Below are positions 27,877-40,504 of a DNA stretch of 64,000 bases, one piece after another; position 1 is the stretch's first letter, and each line of letters opens with the position of its first letter. Source of the stretch: Trichosphaerium sp. ATCC 40318 (lineage: Eukaryota; Protista; Tubulinea); NCBI GenBank assembly GCA_038496445.1, contig JALMLS010000461.1, positions 124,001-188,000 on the forward strand. Reading direction: 5' to 3'. Both the position numbers and the translations under genes were made by a program. The notes below the pieces were generated by a model. The model made no database searches. It was not told the DNA's origin and saw only the letters and a list, made by a program, of their open reading frames with translations.

Positions 27877-28287
27877 ATAACTTTTACTCTGTAGCATGTA
27901 ATAAAGCTACACTATATCCAGGCTTCTAATCAATCACTCCAATAGAGCTATAGACCTTTTTAAGTAACAAAACTGAAATCTTCTGTACGTCACGGTTAAG
28001 GGTTGTACTAAAAAGTGATTTGAAGTTGTGGACTTTCTGCCGTTTAATTCAAGGTTTGGCAAACGAGGTTTTAAGTGAGGCCAATTGATTACCTTTTGTC
28101 AACAATGCCCTCTCGTTTACACATTGAACAACACCTGTCTACTTTATTTATTTTTTCTCAGTTACACAAGGCTTAAAACAAGCAACTGCTGAAAATTGCC
28201 AGAATTCACATAAACGGTCTATATTTTTTCTTTAACTTAATTCGTTTGGAACATCGCTAAATCATACCACTTTATAAACAAACAACA

Positions 28288-29309
28288 ATGGACACTACAT
28301 TGCCTAGAGAGATTATACGCGAAATATGCTATTTTTCAAGCGTAGAAAGCATCATGGCCCTTGGACGCGTGTGTAAGAGCCTAAATAAGTGTATTACAAC
28401 CAAACTACTATGTACGCAATCTTCACGTGGTAGTATACATTCTTACTCCATCTAAAAGGGATTAACGTTTTCAAGAGCTTTAGAAACAATATAGAAATTG
28501 TAGAACCATCGTATTGCTCATATTCATTGAGGACGCTAATGACAACATCACGACAAGAGTCGTTGCTTCAAGCAGTAAGTCAAATACAGTCTGCTTTGAA
28601 AAAAAATGGTAACGCTACTACAGCTTTCAGGCGTTTATTCTACAGAAGAAGAGCCTACCAGAGGCTCTGTAGTGTTATATATTGGAAGTGGAGGACCAGA
28701 TTCGATGTATCCTGTAGGACACGGCGAGATTAAAGCCGTAACAACCGAGGTATGCAATTTGTTAGCAACTGTTGCTAAAAAAAATAGGGTTGGTATGCGG
28801 AAGATAGCTTCAAGCCTTTTGATACAGCGACTTTTAATATACTACCTTACTCAGCCTTGAATTCATTAATGACAATTGATGAACGACGAAAACAAAGGAA
28901 ACAAAGAAAGAATAAAGGAAGAAAACGAACACCAAGAAAAAAAGAAAATTCCCAGAAAGCAAGTGACAGAAAATACGTTTTGGACATCACAGCGGGTGGA
29001 AGAAAAACATGGGTACGCACGTATATAACAACAGACTAAATATTCATGTTTTCTTGCTATAAACTCACACTTTATTCAAAGGCTGAACTGGTTATTCGTG
29101 GAGGGAGTTTTTCTTTCAATTGGAATAGACACAAGTTTCAAAGACGATGGAGTTCTGTAGATGACTTTGAATCAACATACGCGTCAAGTTTAAAGGATCC
29201 AAAACCTGACAATAGACAAGTGTTTAGGCCAGTAGGGAAGGCTCATAAATGTATAAGAAAATTATGGGCCAACAACGAAATGCTTTATAGAATGCACAAT
29301 AATCTGTAG
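28288..29309 (+). CDS. F-box protein with an unrecognised C-terminal region
   Basis: MDTTLPREIIREICYFSSVESIMALGRVCKSL is F-box-like. Canonical introns link the downstream exons, which include a basic KQRKNKGRKR stretch. Confidence 0.65.
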
Positions 29310-29630
29310 ACAAATTCGACACTAGTAATAAATTCTAATTGGATGCATAAACAATATGCTTGCTATGAAAACGAACTGTAAATGTCTTGTATAGTTTATA
29401 GTACTTTGGTTTGTTACGCTTCTATTTTTTTGCTACCTGATGTAAAGCTGTAAGTGGTAGCGCTATGTGATAACATATTTAGTGACAGAGTACAAGTAAA
29501 CTATACAATGGGTGTGGAAAGTTTTTGGTAAACGCTATATTACAGTGTACATACAATTATGTATTTCTTTTTCATCTTTTTTGAGTGAGTGGTGTTTTTC
29601 TTTTACCAAGCTTGAAGTACAGCTTTAAAT

Positions 29631-31309
29631 TCAATTTGCACCAATACGTGCAGCAGCCATTAATAAGCGGTATTCCTGAAATTTCTTAAAAGAATCTCGT
29701 GCAGGCTCTGTATTGAGACCACGTTGTAATGTACGTACAAAAGCGTACAAATCACATACCTGAGAAGAAAAGAACAAATAAGCAATCAAAGAAGAAAGAG
29801 AAAAAGGGTTCAAAAAAATTTCAAAAAACAAAAATGCAGTGACGTACTGAAACGACTCTATCTCTACAACATCTACATATCTTGATTTCAAAATCAAGGA
29901 TATACTTCTTCTTACCACTTATACGAAGATAAAAAGGTTGTTCACCATTTGTTTGGCAAAGAGGACAAGGTGAGTCCTTCGCAGGGTCAACTGCAAGTTC
30001 TATTTCAAGTTTCTGTGATTTTATGCTACGTAGTAGAGGTAGTTTGTTAGATGATGATCTAAGTGTTGGCACTACTTCATTCTTTTCAATTTTCGTCATA
30101 TAACCAGCACGTGGATTAGTAAACGCGAAATTTGTAAGCGGACATCCTAACTTAACAAAATCGAGCCATGCCTTAAACACAAACAATAAGCAAGTCTGTC
30201 ACTGTCTACTCGGTGGTATAAAAGGGCTTTAAATGTATTCTTATACGTACTGCAATGTGGTTTTTAGTAGGACGTAGTAATACTTCAACTTTAAAGTCTA
30301 AACCAACGCAAGACGATCCTTGAAGTGATACCGCACGTCTAGTGCGTTGTGGTAACTCATCGTAGCTTTCAAGCTTTTCATCGAGTTTTAAAAACCCTCC
30401 GAAGCCGCATGAACCACTATCCATTGAATTACCTGTAAGACTTTCTGTTTTAACACCGTTTACAGCATCTTCACTGGAAGGTCCAGTGATTATCGTATTG
30501 AGACTCTGAGGTGGAAGAACCTTAAAACTGGCTAGTCTAACAGATTGGCGACCTCTTGTTGGTAGAAGAGGTGTTGGATTGTCTGTAGACGTCAAATGAA
30601 TATTTTGCCTTCCTTTTCTATTTGCACAAGGAGAAGGTCCAGTAGGCGTTGAAGGAAGTGATTCTAGAGGGATATCTTCTAGATAGTCTTCGTCAGCGCT
30701 AGAATCTACAAAACCCATGTAAGTCAGAGTACGTTCAAATCAATCCCAAGACGCAACACAAGGTAGTTATGCTAAATTGTAGTGCAATTTGGAATGGTTT
30801 TTTTTTTCTTATGTCTACGTGTTGTACCTGTTTCGTTTATTACAAAACCCTGTATGTGAACAGCCTCTTTAAGCTGCTCTAAGTCTTTATTAAGCTTTTT
30901 AATGACATCCTTCTCTTCTGCAAGTTTGGTGGCTTGTTGCGATACTTGAATCTGAAGCTCCTCTTTATCATGCTCAAGGCTCTTAACAAAATACAGTAAA
31001 CACAAAGAGACTGTTAAACGAGAAAAACCAGTACACCATTTTAGTGCTGCCTACCTTCATTTTAACTTCGTCCTCAGCTAGGATAAGCTTAAGGGCATCT
31101 ATTTGAACCTTATGTTCTTCATTAACGGACAAGGCTTCGCGTAAATCTCCAATATTTTTGCGAAGTTTCAACTCAAGATCCTTGTTTCTTGTATACATTA
31201 AATCCCGTAATTCCTTTGGTAAATGGTAAATAACACTGTTCATTCCTTGGCTGTTTTGATTAACGCGTTTTACCTTAAATTGTGCAATCTTTGCGTCGTA
31301 CTCCGCCAT
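29631..31309 (-). CDS. Rabin8/RAB3IP/Sec2-like protein (coiled coil plus C-terminal domain)
   Basis: The C-terminus YMTKIEKNEVVPTL..LLRSIKSQKLEIE..CPLC..ICRCCRDRVVSVCDLYAFVRTLQRGL..LMAAARIG matches my recollection of the Rabin8/Sec2 C-terminal pattern. The N-terminal region is a coiled coil. Confidence 0.7.
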
Positions 31310-31870
31310 TGTAAGCGCTGCGCGTTTCTTCGCCTGTTTTCATCGCGTTAGCTATGTATTAAGAAAAAGGATGAATGGAGTTTTGGTGTGAAATAACGAT
31401 TTAGGCGTAGACAACGCTGTGCCTGAATCTAGTGAACTGCCCAACATGCTAAGTGTAGTGGCAAAATAGAAATAACGCTAAATAACCGTACAGATTCGCA
31501 GGCGAGTCACAGTAACGTAGGAATGTAGCCCTTGCTTTTTTCAACAACATGCAAGTTGTTGGCCGAAAATAATGATAATGTATAAAGTGCCCTTGTAGTA
31601 CGCGAAAGGGTGCATGTAGCGAGTACAGTATTCAATTACATACCTTAATATCCTCATTGCGATCATCACTGCTTCCATTGCTCCCTTTGCGTGCTCGTGG
31701 GTCCCATAGTGCTTGTAGTATGCCAGACATATTTAAAACTCGATTGTTGTTATGTACCAACCCAACACTGGAGAAAGGGCAGGCACTTACGCTGCAATCA
31801 ATGTAAAATACTTGTGGTTACAACAAGCGGACTTACTTAGCAATTTGACAAATAACTTAAATGGTTTATT

Positions 31871-32945
31871 TTAATTTTTTGGTTCAGCTTCTTGAGGCTT
31901 AGTGTATCCAGGAAGGAGCTTTGCCAAGTTTTCATCAGCGACTTGTTTACCACGTGGTGACATGGAGCTGAATTTCTTGCCAAAGGATGGCCTCTGAGTG
32001 TTTGGCCATTTTGTGCCCAAGGTATTGAATATATCCAATGAAAAGTAATGGATGTTGAATAGTGGTTTGGTTGCTTGCTTAGGACGGATACCTAAGAAGA
32101 TGTAAGAGCGTGAAAACGAATTTTAGATAAATCCTTACCCAAAGCGTTAACACCAGAACCTACTGCCTTTTTGCTAAAATTGAGCCAGCCTTGTACACTA
32201 GTAGTTGGACCCTTTGGTGGGGGTGTTTCCTCAGCGACAGGTTCAGGAGTTGTAGCGGAGCCTAAAGTCTGTTAAGAATTCCGCACAATGTAGTTTTTCT
32301 ATGTGATTTACGTACTGAGCACTATAGATCCTGTCTCGAAGGTACTGCCCGTAAAGTACGCGAATATGGATGTTTTCAAAGCAACGAAATGTTGTAAGGC
32401 TTGGCGAGATTCTAAACGAAATAAGAACGATGTAGTACGTTTAGTAGGAATGTACTATCGTCTTTGATTGAGGAAGAATCGATAACGGTAGGAAACGTTT
32501 TATGCCAACCGAAACTATGCTCAACGCTAGCGACTGAATGCGTATAAGTTAGTACTCGGAGTCAAGATACAGTTGTGACGGTTACCAAAAAAAATACTTA
32601 CTGGCTGTTTGATCTTGCTTTAAGCTAGTGATAACGTTTGGAAGGTCTGAAGGGCATTCAACAGTGAAAGTACCTTGATTGTTGTTAGTTTACTGTAGGG
32701 CTTTCTGTCGTACCTTTAGTGACGTCTTCAACCACAGCACCGTAGATAAAACGTTGAGTGACATCTTTACCACCAAAAGCGTTTGTAGCATCTTGAAAAA
32801 CGCGTAAGTTAACTTCAGTATAACGCCACGTACTGTCCTTGAATGCCGTGAGGTACTGGGTAAATTCTACGGTATCTTGCACGTCATTGTGTCCCATAAG
32901 CTCCTTGAGGAACTCGTTGATGTTTTTCTTCTCTGTTGCTGTCAT
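31871..32945 (-). CDS. Hypothetical protein (6 exons)
   Basis: Continuous spliced frame MTATEKKNINEF...KPQEAEPKN* across canonical GT-AG introns. No family recognised. Confidence 0.75.
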
Positions 32946-33186
32946 GTTTGTTGGTTACTGTGTTTTGGAAGCTCCTGATAGCACCATGTTGACTTAATAC
33001 TAAATTGTGTTTGCTTTGAAAAACTGTTGTGTGCTTTCGGGTATAAGCCTAACTGCCTCATTTTTTTAAGATAGAAGTTAGCGATTGTCGTTTAACGGTA
33101 TTTACAGGTCAAACTGTTTTATTTTAATGGTGTCACTCACGTAAGTACTCTTATAACCCTACAGTATACAACCCCAGATAAAGGCA

Positions 33187-33871
33187 ATGAACTCTTACAC
33201 TGGCGTCATTAATCTACCGTTGGAGGTTTCTACGCTCATTTTATCGTTCTTAGATAACTACGATCGATTTGCAGCAACACAGACTTGTTGGTACTTTTCT
33301 AGCATAATACGCGATATTCTTGGCTTCCTACAAGTTAACTGCTATGACTTGGACTGTATATGCTATTAAATTATCACCTGCCGTTTTACAGCATACTGAA
33401 ATTCTAAGTTACGACGATTGCCTCCCAGCTCTGCATCACCTCTCTGAAGCCAAACATATTAACCTGTACGGTTGTGAGACACTAACAGATGATAATCTAA
33501 AACATCTTGGAAACATTAAAAAGATAAACATTGGATATTGTACCAAAATAACTGACAGAGGAATCAAAATGCTCGCCGGTGTGCATACTATAGATTTAAG
33601 TTGGTGCAAGAAAGTGACAGATAAAGGTGTCATGGCACTATCAGGCGTACATACTATCAAATTGAGCTGTACTAGTATTGTAGGTCAGTGCTTTAAATCT
33701 CTTGCTGCTAGTGCACATGATGTTGATATTTCGTACACTAAAATAGCAGACAGGTATATAAAAGATCTTTCGGGCATACACACCATAAATATCACAGGAT
33801 GTAAAGGAATTTCTGTTGCCAGTATTAAAGTTTTAGTGGGCGTTCATAAAGTAATAAAACCTGACACGTGA
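33187..33871 (+). CDS. F-box + LRR (GVHTI-type) protein with a frame break near 33334-33391 (intron or frameshift)
   Basis: The F-box INLPLEVSTLILSFLD..QTC and the LRRs (AGVHTIDLSWCKKVTDKG) lie in different frames. Confidence 0.75.
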
Positions 33872-34077
33872 CAGCAAAATTGTAGCGAACTTGGTGTAGT
33901 CCTTTGGTCGTAGACAGTGTAATATGCATAACGCGCTAGTATAAACAAGGTTGCTCTTGCAGCAGTAATTGTATCCACATTTATAGAAGCTGGATGTCAA
34001 ATAAAGAACAAAAAAAAGCGCCAAGTTTTTTTTAAGTCAACCACTTTACTCATAGCGAATTCAAGGCCGATTTCATA

Positions 34078-34711
34078 ATGACCACTGAACAGCCTACTGA
34101 AGCTCCTGTTAGGAAAGGCCCAAAGCCTGGGTTAATACCTCCGCCTCCTAGTCTCGATGAATTTTTAAAAACAGAGCATCTACGCCTTAAAAATGCGTCA
34201 GGTACGTTAATTTGTAATAATTAGTCTAATGTAACAAATTTAACCTAAACATGTTGTAGGATCATGCTCTGGCGCTGGAAGCGGTGATTTTCATAACTAC
34301 AGGATGGCAAAGCGAAGAGAACGCTACAGAATTAAAAAAATGGAACTAGACGCCAAAGGAGTACGTATATACGCATTAAAATACCGTAGAACTACCATAG
34401 AAACAATTTAAAAAAGGTTGTTAACGTTTTTTTAACAGGAAGAACAAGATAACTCATGGCAAGAAGCAAGACAAAAGCGTTTAGACGAAGTGAAGGCTAA
34501 ATCAGCGAAAAAGTCGAAAAAACGAAAATCAAAGAGAGAACGCCAACGACTCGCCAGATTGGCTAAGAAGCAAAAAACAGAGCATAAACCAGCTGAAGAG
34601 GCAAAAGAGAGTACTAAAGCAGATGCCACAAAAGAATCAACAAAGGAAGGCGAGGAACAAGAGCCAAAAAAAGAAAAAAAGACACTGAAGAGTGAAACGA
34701 AAGGCGATTAA
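34078..34711 (+). CDS. PRKRIP1: PRKR-interacting protein 1 (DUF1168) splicing factor homolog
   Basis: GSCSGAGSGDFHNYRMAKRRERYR followed by K/R-rich KSAKKSKKRK. Confidence 0.88.
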
Positions 34712-35294
34712 AAAAAAACCAACATAGGAAACCTACTTTTTTTCAAGAATAAAAAACACGTGTATACTAGATTTTGGTGACTTTGTTTCGAACTGAATTA
34801 CATATTTTAGTCATGGTTGCGTCGATCAAGTATTGAGGCACTATTTTAAATGACAGCACTTTTTTTATCTTTGGGTTTTGGCAGGATCTTAGTTCATCAC
34901 CTTCAACAAAACCCTTGAAGGGCCCTGTCACTTCACAATGCTGAATAGGGTATTGGTACATCAAAGAAGGCAGCGTTTTGGTAGATTACACTGGAAGACA
35001 AAATGCCAACCCTAAGCAAACACGTTCAAAAGAATTGCGGCAACTTACTGTTCACAGAACGTGAAGACAGGTCAGAGTATTCTTACTCTAGTACCGTTAG
35101 TTACGGACTGTTTTGCCACTTCTGCAAAAGTGTTTGGAATCTATGGTGTACCAGTGCAAGATCTTAAACTTTACAGTTCCAGAATGGAACGCGCATAACC
35201 AAAAGGAAAAAGCGCACATTTAAAACTAGAAACTGTGCGAGCGTTAAGTCACGTGGCACAAAACTACAGTTCACCTGTTTAACTTTGTGTAACA

Positions 35295-38200
35295 ATGGCT
35301 GAGAGGAAAGAAACGACTGTTTGGATAAACGAACTTCATTACGAGGATTTCGTACGAGCGAGAACCAAAAGATTCACTGTGTTTAACGTTAAAAATAAAA
35401 GGGTTGGGATGAAAATGAAGGTGTGGAAGTTGCTGGGCCTGCTGGTACTAATTTGAACGGATGGAAACTTACTTTCTACGATGGAAGCGGTAAACCGTAT
35501 AAAACAACACCATTAAAAGGTAGATTACCTAATCTCCAAGCTGGCATGGGTACGTTACTTTTTTGGATATTTTTAACTTTAATCACGTGACATCGCTTTT
35601 TTAACGTTATTCCAAGGGACACTGTTCTTCTACGCACCTTATATCCATAACGGTATGAGTTTCTTGCCAAAGATTCGTTATGTCGTTAGAAATAAAATCT
35701 TGACAGTTTTTTGCCTTTAGGAAAGTCCGGCGTATGTCTATCAAACAAACAAGGAGATTTGGTTCAATTTCTCTCTTACGAAGGCCAAATAACAGGCGCT
35801 GAAGGTACTAGACTAAGGATTGGGTCTTTTCAGAGCTAATCTCTATGTATAGGTATTGCTGCAGGCGTTAAAAGCGAAAATCTGCCCGTGAAAGAGGTAC
35901 GCTCATCTGGTTTCGAAAAAGTGTCCTTACGTTGTTGTATAGTCAGGGTTCTCTTCCAGGCGTTCATCTCTCCAACTTCAAGGGCAAGGTAATGTTTACG
36001 AAGATTTCGCGTGGACAGGACCTATCGCAAGAAATCCCGGCGGTGTTAACAGTAAACAAAAGTTTGGTACAGTACTTTTGTAGTTTTTTTTACGAACGTT
36101 TTGCTGACCATTACCTTTTTTCGATAGTGAGGAGACCAACTTCAGGACCTTTCTCTATCGAACCTCATCTCGCAAATAACAAGAAGAGGCATCATACTGA
36201 AGAATATGAACTTGACTATCTCGTTGTTCGTAGAGGCTTTGAGTTTACTATTAAAGTATCGTTTCCAGGCACGTGATCAACCTTATATGTTCTTTTTTTA
36301 ACGCTTTGCATTTAGGTGATGATGTTGAACTTATTCTCAAGGACATACCTGACAAAGAGAATGCTGTAACTATACCTGTTACCAAAGAAGCTCCTAAGGA
36401 TAAGAGTAAGCCTTACGCTTACTACACAGAGAAAGCAGAGCACAGCGGAGAAATAAGTCTTTGGTAATTTAAACAAAAATCTAACTTGTTTTGACGTTTT
36501 GAACTGACACAAAATTAGCGTTCCTTCTGATTATCCTATTGGTATCTTCTCATTGAAGGCTACATCAGATGGTCAAAAGACTAAGGAAGGATTTTATGTA
36601 CGATAGCGATAGTTGTCGTCAACTCAAAGCTTATCTAAACCTTTAGATTATCGTAATGTTCAACCCTTGGAATGACCAAGACAGTGTATACATGGAAGAT
36701 GAAAAGCAAAGATATGAATATGTCCTTGAGGATAACGGTCTCATTTGGGTTGGTAGTGCAAATCACAATGGCCCTAGGTATGTCTTAAGAAAGGCCCGAT
36801 GATAAACTCAAGTGACTTGTTTTTTAGAGCTTGGAATTTCGCTCAGTTCTCTGCTAAGAGTGTCCTTGCTTCAATGAGACTATTATGGGCTCTTCCTTAT
36901 GCTAAGAGAAATGATCCTATAATAGTTTGTAGACATATGAGCGCTATGGTGAACTCAAACGACGAGGATGGTGTTCTTGTTGGAAACTGGAGTGGAAAGT
37001 ACGATGATGGCACTTCTCCTTCTCGTACGTTACCAAAAATTAATCATTTCGAAGTACATATCTACTGACACTTGTTATAGAGTGGACAGGTAGCGAGGAT
37101 ATATTAGACGTAAGGATGAAATAGATTGTTACCTTGATAATCAGATACTCACCTTGTTTAGCAATATTATGTAAAAGAGGAATCTGTCAAATATGGCCAA
37201 TGTTGGGTATGTGCTTATTGTTAATCTCTTTTATTAATAGGTTATTAGGTATTTAGCGGTGTGTTGACAACAGTATGCAGGTATGGGAATATGTATATAT
37301 AGGTTATTTAACGTTTATTGTAAGAGCTATTGGTATACCATGCAGATCTGTTACGAACTTTGATAGCGCACACGATACCAATATGAACAGGTAAACATAA
37401 ATTATCTTTTTCTTTCAATGACTTGATTTAACACCTATCTGAAGAACAGTGGATAAGTTCTACGATGCTGATTACAACGCAGATGCGTCAAGAACAAGTG
37501 ATAGTATCTGGTAAGACAAACACGAACTCTAATTGTGATCAACTTTATTAAATTCTGTTTTTTGCAAAAAACAGGAACTTTCACGTGTGGAATGATGTCT
37601 TTATGAAACGTCCTGATATCGGTAACGAATACAATGGTACGCTAACTGAGGTATTGCATTTTGAGTTTACAGTTTGAAATAAATAGGCTGGCAAGCACTA
37701 GACGCTACACCTCAAGAGCGTAGTGAAGGTATTTACAAGACTGGTCCTTGTCCTCTTGTCGGCATCAAAGAAGGTGATAAGAATGTCAAGTATGATAGCG
37801 AGTTTATCTATGCTGAAGTAAACGCTGACATCAAGTACGCAATCGAAAAAATAATAACCCAACAAAAAAAACCAAAGAAAAATGTTTGTTCTGTAATCTC
37901 ATTTTTTTTACAGTCATTACTTGGTTCAAGAAGATGGCTCAACAAAGTTGATTAAGAAAATCACTTCCCATGTTGGTAAACAGTTAAGTACCAAACAAGT
38001 AGGAAGAGATAGGTTGAACGAAATTACAGACCAATACAAGCATACTGAAGGTATTAAAAACTTGCAAAGAAAAAAACCTAATACTCGGTAGGCACAAAAG
38101 AAGAGCGTGCAGCTCATCAAGGTGGTGAAGAAGGTGAAGAAGGTACAGTGGTTTCAAATAGAGGGTATTGCTGAGCGTGGTTTAGGAGAGTTGGATGTCT

Positions 38201-39017
38201 CTATGACGGTTGGAAAAGCTGTTTGTGGTGAAACTGTTTCTTTGTCTGTTACAATTTCAAAAAGAGATGGAGCTAAACCTGAAACTCGCCGTGCAGAGTA
38301 CCTCAATTATTTTCTTTCATATCTTTTTATTTTTAACGTCGATCTGTTAGTGTGAGCGTACATATTTCTGTTGTTTCTTACACTGGAAAAGCGAAGGAGC
38401 AAGTGTTGACCAAGAATGCTAAAATGACAATTTCTGATACTGACACATTTACTGTTAACATTGAAGAAAAAACTTACAGAAAGTTCTTGGACGCACGTGT
38501 GCTTGAGTTATCTTTACCTAAAATTATAAATAGGATGATTGCTACTTCCAAGCATGGGCTGTTGTGAAGTTTGATACTGATGAAATGGATATTGTTACAA
38601 AAGAGTAAGTGCACTTCCTTCATCGAACGGCTGTGAATTAAAAAAATGTTTAGTTTCGATTTTGAGATGCCTGAAGTTGTAGTCACTGCAGATGGAGACT
38701 TCGTTGTTGGAAAGAAAACTGTTATTACTGTTACAGCAACCAACCCACTTGACGTACCTCTGACAGACGTTACAGCGTCAATCGAAGGTAAACTCTAAAA
38801 AATTCTCTTTAAGCAACAGGTCACTAATCTATGAATTTCAGGTGCAAGAATTCTTCATCGTACATTAGTTCTAATGGACAAGATTGCTCCACACTCGACT
38901 GGATCATGCGAGCTATCTATAACACCAACAATGAAAGGGGAAAAGAATATTGCAGTGTCTATTGAATCTAAAGAATTGATTGGCATGAATACCTTCTTAC
39001 ATGTTGATGTTATCTAA
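35295..39017 (+). CDS. Animal-type protein-glutamine gamma-glutamyltransferase with an N-terminal LTD-like domain
   Basis: N-domain [16 protein letters not shown]. Core [23 protein letters not shown] (Cys), WNFHVWND (His), [11 protein letters not shown] (Asp), FIYAEVNAD. Two C-terminal beta-barrels. More than 20 introns. Confidence 0.95.
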
Positions 39018-39456
39018 GCATAGTGTACTATGACATTTGCGCTTTTAGCAACACTTAACTGTTAAGTCATATCTTAAATAAATAAGAATATAGCCCAGTA
39101 CTTAAAGAGCGTGAATACTATATAGGTCTTATGTTTTAGGCAGCTACTATTGTTCATTACAAGATCTAAAAATACCATAGAGAAGTGAGATCCGTCATTT
39201 CAGGTAAAACATGGTTTTTTTTGCTAAAAGTCAGTCTCTAAACTTGAATGAGACAGACAATACTACTGCTTTCGAAACAGTAGCTGACCTGTATGCTATA
39301 CTTCATTTTGTATGTTGCTTTCGGTGGTTAGCGTTATTGTCGGTAAAACTAGTTGAGGAAAAACGAATTTAGTCAACGTCCTGTAAATAAATATTGCGAT
39401 CATCTAACAATAACATAATAACAAACATAGCCACGTTTCGAGCGTATATTAGCAAA

Positions 39457-40504
39457 ATGAATGAAGAAGAGGTTAGCCAGAACATTAGTGACCTTGTCGC
39501 GCTCCCCGTTGAACTAATAGTTCATATTCTCAAACAAGGCACTTTTACACTTCGTTCCGCACAAACTTGCCGCTTCTTGCGGGATATTGTCCATAACCAT
39601 GTCGGATATGATCAAATTATTGTTAAAAGCAGTACCGAGGTGATGATGCTTTCTGGCAGCCCTTTATTGCAGAATACACCCATTCTGTTCTACAGGTATA
39701 GAGATGTAAACGACAATCAGTTGAGGTTACTAGCAGGAGTACATACAATCAAGATGATTAGTTGTGGATCAATAACAGATGAAGGCATTAAAGCATTGGT
39801 TGGTGTACACACCATAAATTTGAAATGCTGTGATGTAACAGATGAAGGCGTTAAAGCATTGGCTGGTGTACACAGATGAAGGCATTAAAGCATTGGCTGG
39901 TGTACACACCATAAATTTGAAATACTGTGATGTAACAGATGAAGGCATTAAAGCATTGGCTGGTGTACACACCATAAATTTGAAATGCTGTGATGTAACA
40001 GATGAAGGCGTTAAAGCATTGGCTGGTGTACACACTATAAATTTGAAACGCTGTGATGTAACAGACGAAGGCATTAAAGCATTGGCAGGAGTACACACCA
40101 TAAATGTGTCATGCTGCACAAAAGTAACAGATGAAGGCGTTAAAGCATTGGCTGGTGTACACACCATAAATTTGGGATACTGTTACATAACAGGCAAAGG
40201 CATTAAAGCATTGGCAGGTGTACACACTATAAATTTGAAACGCTGTGATGTAACAGACGAGGGCATTAAAGCATTGGCAGGAGTACACACTATAAATTTG
40301 AAATGCTGTGATGTAACAGATGAAGGCATTAAAGCATTGGCAGGTGTACATGAGATTGATCTACAAGAGACAAAGGTAACAGATGAAGGATTGAAAGCAT
40401 TGGCAGGTGTACACACTATAACCCTGTATGGTTGCTCCTCAACTTCAAAAGAGGGTGTCCAGGCAGCCGGTGCACAGGTAGTAAGGGCAGATTTCATTAT
40501 TTAA
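39457..40504 (+). pseudogene. F-box + LRR gene frameshifted by a 29-nt deletion in the repeat array
   Basis: F-box LVALPVELIVHIL..QTC. One 72-nt unit at ~39873 lacks accataaat...gtaac, which shifts the frame. Confidence 0.7.
39770..40420 (+). repeat. Near-perfect 72-nt tandem repeat encoding VTDEGIKALAGVHTINLKCCD-type LRRs
   Basis: About nine highly similar copies of acagatgaaggc[a/g]ttaaagcattggc[t/a]gg[t/a]gtacacac. Confidence 0.95.

Noticed and set aside
39770-40420. CRISPR-like array
   Set aside because: These are contiguous 72-nt coding LRR units without unique spacers, in a eukaryotic context with no cas genes.
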